64,000 nt of DNA from Azolla caroliniana (taxonomy: Eukaryota > Plantae > Polypodiophyta): the NCBI GenBank assembly GCA_043228905.1, contig JBHGNT010000012.1:20212001-20276000 (forward strand), read 5' to 3'. A program made the position numbers and the translations under genes. This document shows positions 28,101 to 40,100 of this stretch, piece by piece (within the stretch, counting starts at the first letter, position 1; the number at the start of each line of letters is the position of its first letter). Under the pieces are notes generated by a model, which made no database searches, was not told the origin of the DNA, and saw only the letters and a list, made by a program, of their open reading frames with translations.

Positions 28101-31100
28101 ACATAATACTATTAGAAGACTTTAATGCACGAACCAAGGATGAACAAACAACAATGTTTGACGCCAACGAGGCTGTTTATGGAGAAGTTATGGCAAAGGA
28201 GGTTGGTCTAAAGCGACAAGCTAAAGATATGATTGTTATAACTAAATATGGCAAACATTTTCTAGCCTTGGGAAGTGCGCATGGATTTGTGATATATAAT
28301 GGATTGGCACAATGGCCTAGATCAGATGCTTTAACATGTCAGAACCCAAAAGGAGGTGCAAGCACAGTCAATTATCTAATGGGATCGCCATCTCTCATAA
28401 CTGAAAGATAGTTCACTATATCTAGTAGACCTATTGGCTTGGCAACAGATCATGCATATCTACACTTCGAGATAAAGGATGGATGCACAAGGGATGTATA
28501 TGAATAAGGAGAGTGGATTGGCTGAGTATCAATTTACTCGCGAGACAATTGATGTGTATAGTTGTGGAGTATACAATGGCATTCTAGATTTGGATCCTTT
28601 CGGACCCCTTGATGAACTTACCCAAGGACTGTCAAAATCATTGGATAAAGCAGTCATAAATGCCTTCTCCCCAAACTTGGTAGAGTAATACAAATTAGTT
28701 GGTATGATGCGGAATGTCGTGATACAAGGAGATGTTGGCAGCGTGAAGTAACTTGGGGCACTTATACGCACAAACAAGCGAGAGCAACCTTTCAATGCCA
28801 CGTAAGGAAGAAGAAGAGATTGTATTTAGCTAAATTTGAAGATCATTTGTATCGCTTGTTTCTAGGACAAGAAAGTAAAAGAGCATGGAAAATGTTTAAT
28901 GAGAGGAAACCTACCACACCAATGACCTCACATCAAGTGGCATGAATATGCAAAGGTCCTATATGATATCCCACAACAACCTCCTCTCCCCCAACCACAT
29001 GGTTTTGGCCCACATGAATCCACCTTTCTTACTGCGCAAAATGTAAGGAATGACATTGATCGGTTACAATTTGGGAAGGCCCAAGATCATGATGGATTGG
29101 TCGGTGAACTCTTTATCTATGCCCATGACACCTTGCTCCCAATGCTAGCACACATCTTTAATAAAGCCATGTGTGAAGGTTTCCCTACTAGGTGGATAGA
29201 ACATACCATTGTGTCGATCCTCAAGAGTGGAGACCCAATGATGCCAAGCAACTATAGGACAATCATGATTGGTCACTACTTGGCTAAACTATAAGGCTCG
29301 ATTCTAGAATCAAAATTAAGTATATGGGCAAGGCAACTGCCGTTTTGCTAGACTGCCAGGCTTTCGGAAGGGTTTCACAACTTTGGACCACATATTCCCT
29401 CCAAGCCCTTATCGAAGAGGGCAAAGCCCATAATAAGAGGATTTATCGCTGCTTTCTAGATTTCCGAAAAGCCTTTGACATTGCCACGTTGTCGTGAAGA
29501 TCCGTCAGTACGTGCGGATCGTGAGGCGGAACCGCGGGGGTTCTGGACCGGAAGGATTCAAAGTTTGCACTAGCTTTAGCGTGAAAAGATTTAAGATAGA
29601 TTGAGAGAGAGAGAGAGATTGAGATTGAGATTCCAATTTTGAAACAGATTGAGAAAGATTGAAATGGAGAGAGAGCTTAAGATTGAACTCTTGACTTCAG
29701 ATTTGAAGAACAAGATATACCATCAATTGGATAACGAATTTTCTTCTTTTTAAATTTTTGATTAATACATTGCTCCTTTTGATCTTTTTCATCCACTCTT
29801 TTATAGATGCCCCCATGCATATGATGCATGTGAGGGTACAAGACATGCATATAATGCATGTGATGCATGTTTGCCATTTGGCGCTCATGCATTACATGTG
29901 ATGCATGAAAACCATGTCACTTAATCAAGCTCTAACATGAGAGTTTACATGTGAAAGTATAATGATAATAAAAACATTTCTAAAGACATGACTTGGCTTA
30001 GTGGTAAGTTCATTGCCTCCTATCTTGGAGGTGCAAGGTTCAAGCCTTGCTTGCATCCCTTTGATTACAAATTTCTAATAGGTTTTTTAGTCTAGATGAT
30101 TTTGTTCGTTTCACACCGAAATCGTCATGATCAACCTATCCGATCGATCCATCTATCTGGTCCACTTTCAACCCGGTGATCCGGTCTATCCGTTCTGGTT
30201 CCGATTCCGTCGTCGTTCGGTGCCGGTGTTGATGCCGGTTCTGGTTCCGCGCTCATGCATTACATGTGATGCATGAAAACCATGTCACTTAATCAAGCTC
30301 TAACATGAGAGTTTACATGTGAAAGTATAATGATAATAAAAACATTTCTAAAGACATGACTTGGCTTAGTGGTAAGTTCATTGCCTCCTATCTTGGAGGT
30401 GCAAGGTTCAAGCCTTGCTTGCATCCCTTTGATTACAAATTTCTAATAGGTTTTTTAGTCTAGATGATTTTGTTCGTTTCACACCGAAATCGTCATGATC
30501 AACCTATCCGATCGATCCATCTATCTGGTCCGCTTTTAACCCGGTGATCCGGTCTATCTGTTCTGGTTCTGATTCCGTCGTCGTTCGGTGCCGGTGCTGA
30601 TGCCGGTTCTGGTTCCGTCGTCATCCGGTGTCAATTTCGGTTCCGTCGTCGTCCGTTCGTTCCGGTTCCGGCTCCGTCAACGTCCGTCCGATTCCAATTC
30701 CGGTTCTGTCGTCGTCCATCCGGTTCCGTCGCCATCCGTCTAATTCCGGTTCCGGTTCTCCAAAACCATTACGAGTAGTTAAGCCACAGTTTAGCCCAAG
30801 AACATTCTGTGCTCCACTCATAGACAGAAAGTAATAAGTTCTAGCTCTGCTTATATACTGTGGGATCCTGATTTGTCTTATCTATGTGGGATATCTCATA
30901 GTTTTGTTTTTCTCTTCTTCTTCTCAAACTTCACATTCACATAACTTGACATTTAGTTGTCCGTTTCAAATGCAGTTAAGTACATTCGGAAGCTCTTGAA
31001 GACCTCCATCTTCCAGTACCAAGATATTAAGCTAATCTAAAATAGTATCTTCACTATTATTGTTTCATGTCTTGTGTGAAGTTCATGTCTTGAAGACCTC

Positions 31101-34100
31101 CATCTTCCCGTACCAAGATATTAAGCTAATCTAAAATAGTATCTTCACTATTATTGTTTCATGTCTTGTGTGAAGTTCATGTCTTGAAGACCTCCATCTT
31201 CCCGTACCAAGATATTAAGCTAATCTAAAATAGTATCTTCACTATTATTGTTTCATGTCTTGTGTGAAGTTCATGTCTTGAAGACCTCCATCTTCCCGTA
31301 CCAAGATATTAAGCTAATCTAAAATAGTATCTTCACTATTATTGTTTCATGTCTTGTGTGAAGAACCACAATCGATTTTGTACATTCCTCGCAATTTTCA
31401 CACTATTGCCGAAAATCTTCACGACAATGTGCTCGGCTTATGCAATGGCTAGAAGCCCTTGGTGTTCCTACAAATATGCAATGGGGAATCTATGCACCCT
31501 ATGATTCTGTGTCAGGAAAAGTGCGGTCTCCCAAGGTTATGTAAAAGACAGTGGCCAAAACAATCGGAGTGAAGCAAGGGTGCTCACTATCAACCACTCT
31601 ATTCGGTCTCTATATAGATGAGGCATCACATTACATAGAAAGATTTGAGGTTCGGGTGCATACCTAGCAGGTATAGCTATACAAATATTATTATATGTTG
31701 ATGATATTGTGCTGATTTCTGACTCTCCAGAGGGACTATAAAGACATCTCAATATATTAAAACTATTTTGTACTGACAAAGGTCTGTCAATAAACATGGA
31801 TAAAACTAAAGTGATGGTGTTCAACACCACTCAAGCATGGGTAACTAGATCAGAACCAGAATTATTCTTGGGCGAGGAAAAGGTGGAATACACACGCTCC
31901 TACACATACCTAGGAGTAACATTTACAGGGCCTAGCTTCTCTGTATGGGAGGCTGCTTGTGCCCGACTTTCTCATGGATATGCAGCCCTTGGTGCTCTCA
32001 AGAGACAATGTGCACATTTGCAGTTCCAAGGGCCACAAACTAAGTTGTGGTTATTTGATACACTTGTCACACCAACTCTTCTCTATGGAGTAGAAACATG
32101 GGGACCGAGTCTTAACAAGGCGAATCATTGGAAAGATTTAGAGAGATCACTAGTGTCAATGATTGCCCGCATGATAAGGAGCATCGGTGCGCCATGATAT
32201 AATCCGGGCAGAGATGGGAGACACAAGTTACAATATATCTAACTTGAGAATCTCACATGTGCCAAAAACCAGATTCCCTTATCTATTTTTATCTTATTTA
32301 CTTTTATATTTACTGAGTAATACTTATTCTATTTTGATTTGTTGTTCTCAAAGATGAGACAACACTTAAGATGTAATCTCTTGTTTGGTCTTATAGGCCA
32401 TTTTGGCCTCTTAAAAGACGTCAATATATCTTTCTTTCTTTCTCCTCACATAGCAGCCCATTCCCTTAGTGTTTTGGATCTAACCACGCCATCACATCAT
32501 CTCTCTTTCAATTGGTATAAGAGAGAAAGAGTTTCATCATGATGAATTTCTATCTCATCAGGTGATTCTACAATGTATCCAACAAAAATGCCAGAATGTA
32601 TGCAATTGCATCTCACTACCACCATAAGCTTGGCTCTCTGAAAGCCTTGACACTTCTTTGAACTCACTCACACAAGGTAAGTGTTCAGGTAGCATCGCAA
32701 AATCATCATGCAAACATGAAGATATACAATGAAAATCTAGAGGAGGAAGAATATCGCTCACTTATTGCATGCTCAACACGTAAGGTAAGAAATACAATGA
32801 TCATTAGATGGGCATGATAATGAGAGTGTCATACTCAAATTTCCACCAAGAAGGGTGAGCACATATGTGCATCCATTATTTTCAAATTTGAAAGATTTGT
32901 ACCATATAGTACCCCCCTTCTTAGGAAGGAGTCACATACAAGATGATATGATGATTTGTTCCTACAAGTCAAAATTGGCCTCATCATGGACAATAAAGTA
33001 TCTATTCTACATATGGCAGCTAGCTAGTTCAGGGCACAATTTAATTTTGCTTCATTTTTACCAGAGATTTTCACATGGGAATATTTTATGGTTCTATAGG
33101 TCATTTTGAACTTTGAAGACATAAATACGACAATTATATTGACGATATGGATACCACCTTTCTATGCCCTAAATGTTCATATTATATAGAACTGCATTTT
33201 CAATCAGATATAATGAGGAAAATGTACGGCTACTAATATGGAAAGAAAATGTAGGGCTATTAATATGGTCAGGAAAGAGTGCACTTATAAATCAAGGAAG
33301 CCTCGGAGTGATGCATGTATGATTAAGCAGCATACAATCCCCAAAGGTCAATAAAGGAACAACTGCCTGACAAGGTGAACACAAGAAACTGAAAAAAGAG
33401 GGTATGTGCGGGCATCGCTGCATGCATTTATGGGGACAGATAGTGGAAGTGGATCAAGCAAGGACTGTTCACCTGCCAGACAAAGGTCCTCACATTAAAG
33501 CAGATATTTGTGAACTGATTGTTGGCAGGGGTCTTTTCAGCATTCTTTCATCACAGGAGGACCCAAGACCCTATAAAAAGGAAAATGCAATTGAAGCTTC
33601 AAGAAGAGAAGATTAAAGGTCATGCTTGAATAAGCACGATCCTCTGTAGATAAGATAGAGTAAGAGGCTGACAGCATGTTTGAATAGAGAATGAATCTTT
33701 GTACATAGGAGAGAGGAGTGAAGGGTTGCAATGCATGCATATGTAATTGAGATCTGTTACCAGCTCAATAAGGACATGGACTTTGGGTAAAGAACATGGC
33801 CCTGTATGAAATATTTTGCATTGAGAACCTGTCTTGTGCTATTCAATATATTTCTTCAATGTTGAGACAACATGTGGGTGACGATCAAACCATAGGTATT
33901 GAACTGCAACCACATTTAACCAGTGGCCTGTTCTTGTCAGTTTTCTGCAATAAGGACCACGCCAAGCTCTGCCAGGACTAGGAACAAAAATAGAAGTTTG
34001 CCACCTGACTTACTCCATTATTACCAAAGAATCTATCACTCTGAATCACATGATCATTTGGTATTGAAAGTAAAAAACAATGAATAATTATAATTGGGAG

Positions 34101-37100
34101 GATGATATTCATTTATTGCCATCATTAGAAACTCCTACCTGTTCTTAGTTTCATCTCCATCCTTGGAAGAGCTTTGTCTTCTCACAAATTTTGAACAATG
34201 TGCACTTCGCCCATCATCCTGTATGGTCAAAACTAAACAATCAAACTGCTTTATTTAACGCAAACAGCCTAAGAGACATATACATATAATAGGAGATATG
34301 GAAGATGAACCTTAATTCCTCCCTTGAAAAAATGATGATACACTATCTGAGACAGGTCCAATACCTACAATATGACATCAGAATATGCTTTGTCATAGAA
34401 AAATCATGGACTTCTGGTCCATAACATCAGTCACAAGCTCGCATTGCTTTTATCTGTTTCCTTGAAGGTTTAACAAGAAATATCATATACATTATTCATA
34501 TTCTTTTTTCAGGTAAGGTAGGATCTGCATATATTTCAGAAGTCTCCAATGTATAACTTCAATATCTATACAAAAAAAAGTGCATTGGAGTATTGGAAAG
34601 TTGTGGCATACTTCAACCCATTCACACTGGAATTCGGTATGTGGGGCATGGTAAAGTTTTACATGGAAGTCCTTTGTGCAGACTGCTAGCATGCAACTGC
34701 CACAAAGAGAAAAATGTTTTCTACATATCCTGTTCAAAACACTCATATTTTTTGGAATATCAAACATGGGGTTGGCCCTTACATAGCAGCAATAATCTTC
34801 TGTCCAGACTATATATATATGTTATTTCATACCATGATACCAAAAAGAAAAACATACCCTCCAGTTGGTGAAAATCCCTGGGGAGACCAATCCATACAAC
34901 GAACCATAGCTTTTGTGTCTCTTGACAAACAAATTGGCAGAAGACAAGGTGCCTGTAAATCTAATCATATATTTTGTTAAATTAGACTTTTAGAACGTTA
35001 AATCATCGAAGGAGTTATTTTAATTTGTAATACAACACCAATTCTAACAGACAGATCGGATTGTTCAAGAAGTATGCCAATCAACTCTAGCTTGCAAGTC
35101 TCCACATGAACGCATGCCATGTTAGATACAGAAAATTCATGTGAGATGTGGCACATATGTTAATTACAACATTACATGTACACAAGAAAGTCAAGGGCCA
35201 AGGCCTAGACAAAGTGTACTAGATATCTCACAATCACAGCCAAAGCATATTACAATGTTAAGATCCACAGAAAATAGATCGATGCAACTAACAACTAGAT
35301 ATTCAGTTGGTTTTTGTCATTACCAAGACAGAACTGCTTTCTATAGTGTTCTTCGAAAAGAACACTCGCAGAGAACTCAGCTGGATATGTTATTCCAGAA
35401 AGAGGAAACAGGATCACATTTGTCAAGACACACATCTTATGGTCAAAATCCAATCGACAAGCATGTACCGCCATACTACACAAGACAGTTCAAAAGATTC
35501 AGTAACGATGAGGATAACATGCATTAAACATGTTTCAGCATCAGCAATATTTTACAATTCAAAAGAAAGTACTAGAACATGCTGTGTCCTCTAAGTGACC
35601 ACCTTCAAATTGCTTCAAGTATATTGCTTTTTCATTAACAATATGAAATGCTTAAAGAGGATCTCATGGGAGAAATTATGCTAGCATTCACATTGTGTAG
35701 CAACAAAGGAATGATGACCCATATTTGCACATACTTTAGCATACGCATAAAAGATTGCTTTGCCTCTATAAGAATTTGCATTCCAAGATTTGACCTATGC
35801 CTTTGCAGGAGATGTGTATACTCGGAAAATATAAGTATAATCCATCTACTGACAAATTATCCACCTTCCTGCAGGAAGTCGTTCATCACTTTACAAACTA
35901 TTTTTCCTTACAAATTTAAACATGCTTCCCGGCTAACTGGTTGCATGGATGCAGCTTTCCTGCAACTAGCTATCTTTTACATGGCCAACATTTTGGGCTC
36001 TACGAAGAATCAGAAATATCACAGCTATATTCACTACTATAAAATGAGTTCCAAGTTCAGACTCATAATCCTAGTTTCAAGTTTCAATTGAAGCAATATT
36101 TACCTCTTGCTGTTCATATGATATTGAAATTTATACCTATGCTCTTTCCGTGATTTTTATTTGATCAAAAGGATGTTGTAACTTTTGTCTATAGGCCTAT
36201 GGAGGAGTTCACTTTATTTCAAAAGTTTCAATTACTCACAATGCACCATGGCTACCCACATTGATGCACATAATTATACATGTATCCTTGAAAACATTAT
36301 TAACTTCAATGCATCCAAGTGTACTAACCTATTGGTTTAATTCTTCCAACCTTAAAGGGCTGTTCCAACGAGGCACTCACAGATCCACGAGGACCTTCAA
36401 TAAAAGCTGGATTCTGTACAGGGAACCCATTAAGTTAAAACCAAGCACAATAAAAGGCTGAATACTTAATAGAAAAATATAATTGTATGCATAACCTTCT
36501 TCATTTTGATTGGTGAAAGCTAGTTTGCTAAATTGTATAATAAATTACATGTACGGTGTATTTAAGGCATTCTCTACAATATCATAAATACAAGAGAATG
36601 AAATACAATCACAGAGTTGACACAACTCAAGAAAATTACAATTGAATAGTCTAAATTGTTACGATAAATTAGGAGGAAAAGAAAGAGAAGAGCGGAGAAA
36701 GAGGAGAGATGTGAAATTTGAAGCAAGAATAAGACTTGAGGAAAAAGAACAGAAAGAGAGCTGTAGAAACAAATGTGAGGATGAGACAAGATGTAGCAAA
36801 AGTCAATTTGGAAAATAAAGTAAAACAAACTTGGGGATGTACTAAACAAAACAAGTATTTTCTTACTTTTCTTTTCACCTTAAATAATTCGAAACTGGGA
36901 TCATTAGTTGAGTCTCCAGAAAAAAAACCGATCATCTTTATGCATAATACTGCCATATAAACATACCATACTTTGCGGTAGTATGGTGCATGGAAATAAC
37001 CCTATGTGGAAGATCATGGTAACTTTGGACACCCTTCACACATCATGGTGATACAACATAGTCATATTTCAGAAAATGATTACACTTCAGCACATGCATT

Positions 37101-40100
37101 TGTTGCCTATTTTGTAATCAATTACTAAAAGGATTTATTGTATTTCATTAGGACTATTTAACCTTTGTATAAAGCAATAAATACTTTATATTTGAGCAAT
37201 TAAAATTTGTACAGTGCATGTTACATTTTTTTACTTATATTTCTTGTATTTTTCCACATTATTAGTTCATTATAAAGCTGTGGGTGAGGAGTCCAACTAT
37301 GGGTGGAGGACATCTGCACTCAACCTTTTGTTGTCTTACAAAATGAGGTTTCTGTATTAATTTGGTTCCTCTCCAAATATTCCAAAACTACCCAAGAATA
37401 TGACCTCCAAGTGGATCAGCCAAACAGAGCCATAATAGTGAGCATCATATACAACATCCTCCCGCAATATGTCTCCTACGATGTACATTGTGAAGACACA
37501 GAATCATTGTTCAAATGTTCAGCTCATATGAAATTCCATGTTGTGGAAATTCTTGTTCCACCTGTGGAACGCAGCTTACATACACAACAACATGCTATTG
37601 GCCAGTATATTGTAGCCCTTTTGAATGTCATGGTCAAGCCTCTACTCATAACCCCTGATTAACCTGTTGGTTGGCATTGAATTCAACCTCTTCAAATTCT
37701 TGTGTCATAATTTTTATTAATCGAGCCCCTTGTATGTCATTACAAACCAGTCACTATCCTTTAAATAGCAAACTTGTCCCAATGGCTCATTTGGCGTCTA
37801 GTACAAGCAGAGGCAAAAAGATAACCCTTTCCCTTTCTTCAGCACCGAAGCTATACTTGCAGAATATTTCACCAAATTAATTTCTTGTGACCATAAGCCA
37901 CCATATCCATTTTTATTAACTGAGACCCCTTGTATGGGTCATCACAAACCAACCTCTATCCACTATATATCCCGATGACCTTATCCAAATTAAGAGCGGC
38001 AGCAGCCAAGATGGCTAGTAGATCGCTATGGACTTCTGGACAAGCATATGTGTAACTATATCATAAAATTCAGGCTAGAGATAGGTCACTATGTAGAATG
38101 ACTGAAAGCAGCAGGAGATAGGAAAGCTAGTATGTTGGTTTGTACTTCTGGACAAGCATATATGCGACTACACCATAGAAGTCATTATAAGGCAAGAGAT
38201 AAGCCAATTTGCATATAGTTTGCACCAACAACTTTCTGGACAGAACATAGGATTGGATATTTATAAAGGAATTACATTATCTGAACCAAAACCTAATGTT
38301 CGTTCTACTCATGCTCTGGACATCAATGTCTCCCCTCTATGACAGTAGGTGGCCATGTCCAACACATGTGTTTCTAAGTCCCATGCATTGGTAAATCAAT
38401 TTTTCCTAAACACTGGTCAAGACTATCACCTACAGAATATATTGACAGCAAAGCCAAAAAACAACATGTCACATATAAGACGCCACAATATTTCGGAGCC
38501 TGTATCTGGACGGGAGATATGAACAGGATTCTCAAAGGCTCATGCCATTAACTGATATGGTATGACCTAACAAAGACAATGACAATAAGAAGACCCAAGA
38601 TCAAATCACGAAAGGATAAGTTTATGTGTGACCTAGCAGAGAAAATGACATGACATTCCTTGAAAGCTCAAAAGTCCAGATATGGCAATGATACAAAGTA
38701 GCCTTAAATAGTTCTAGATATAGCAATGACACAAAAACTTTTAGAATTTGAGCCATGTACCAATGTAGTATCAAGTATGACCTAACAAAGATGATGTGAA
38801 TTGTGCTTTGGAAGTTCCGGATATGGCAATGTGTTATGTCATGACCCAAAAAAGTGTAACTTCATGCCACAAACTGATATGATTACAACTGTGACCTAAA
38901 AACACAATTGCACAAGAAGCCTTCAAGGCCCATGCCATCAATATGTTTATGGGGCTGAGCCAACAAAGACATGTCACGAATGGCTACAGTGGAAGGTCCA
39001 AGTGAATGCAAAGATAGATATACTAAGACATGGTAATTACTGTCTGCGAGGGACCAATCAACTCATGGGACCAAACAGCAAATTTAAGGGATTCAATCGT
39101 CCCAAAAAAGGTGTCAGAAGTGAGGCCATGGATTAAGATGTCTAAGATTCTCACTGAACCTTATAATGAGAGCTATACATCGAAAGTTCATGCTATGAAC
39201 AAATACAATCACCGATGTGACCTATTAATGAAATACAAAACATGTTTCATGTTATGGACGAGAATGCCACAAAAGCGTTGTATTTCACGAGGGATTTGAG
39301 TCTTAAATTTAACCTTGAAACCATTGGATTAGACTTTCAATCCTTTAAGTTACAATGTGGCATCTTTTTTAGTGTAAATAATGGCTTTCATTGGAAAAGA
39401 AGAAACACCACCATGACTAGTAACTTACAACAAAGTATAGAAACCTTCTAAGGATCTAAATACTACTACTACGACTACAAACTCAATGCCACCTTACACA
39501 CCAATTCAAATGTCGAATACAATGATATGTGACCTTGCAAAGTTCTCTCTCTTCATGGTTGAGATTTCATAACTTCTCTAGCATTGCAAATTGCCACAAA
39601 ATAAGTCCTTTTAACTTTACAACATATTTTCTCACCCCCAACTTGTGAATAAAAAATGAAGGCATTCCGCATATTCCAATTGAACCATAGCCCCCAATAC
39701 CTCAAGAACTCAAAAATAATTTGGAAATGAGGCATTGGTTCACTATTTTCCATATGTGCAAAAACTCAATTGAACGAACATAATGTGGCATCTTCAAACA
39801 AACAGCTGTCATCAAGACTCGGCGTGTTTTTTTTTTTGTTTGAACATATGATTCCGCATATTCCAATTGAACCATAGCCCCTAATACCTCAAGAACTCCA
39901 AAATAATTTGGAAATGAGGCATTGGTTCACTATTCTCCATATGTGCAAAAACTCAATTGAACGAAGACAATGTGGCATCTTCAAACAACCAGCTGTCATC
40001 AAGACTCCGCATCCGCGTGTTTTTTTTTTTGTTTGAACATATGATTCCGCATATTCCTATTGAACCATAGCCCCCCATACCTCAAGAACTCAAAAATAAT

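Larger units (their letters stand above)
29490..31426. mobile_element. 1937-bp non-coding insertion with 12-bp terminal inverted repeats (solo-LTR-like)
   Basis: Begins TGTCGTGAAGAT and ends ATCTTCACGACA (perfect inverted repeat, TG...CA). Flanks are ACGT (29486-29489) and ATGT (31427-31430), a 4-bp TSD with one transition. Removing it restores the LINE RT sequence CCA CGT GCT CGG. Confidence 0.88.
27384..32230 (+). mobile_element. LINE retrotransposon (ORF1 end, APE endonuclease, RT), decayed and split by an insertion
   Basis: ORF1-like IYLDDNLTPAQ; endonuclease WNCNG..ETH..GGVVVLYK, IILLEDFNART, STVNYL..DH; RT NYRTIM, GFRKGFTTLDHI, CFLDFRKAFD. It resumes after 31430 with ARLMQWLEALGVP, GVKQGC, LLYVDDIV and YTYLGVTF. 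Confidence 0.9.

Noticed and set aside
29985-30060. Possible true tRNA gene
   Set aside because: There is no proper acceptor stem, and the anticodon and T loops are non-canonical. I treat it as a tRNA-like promoter only.
30995-31362. Regular repeats that could suggest a CRISPR-like array
   Set aside because: The units are contiguous and identical with no unique spacers, the context is eukaryotic, and there are no cas genes.
32540-34010. Short minus-strand ORFs that might be additional TFIIIC exons
   Set aside because: Exon 6 already joins exon 7 in frame, and these ORFs show no recognisable motifs. Alternative exons cannot be excluded without RNA data.
37290-37900. Possible transposase remnant in intron 1
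   Set aside because: No catalytic motif or termini could be identified.
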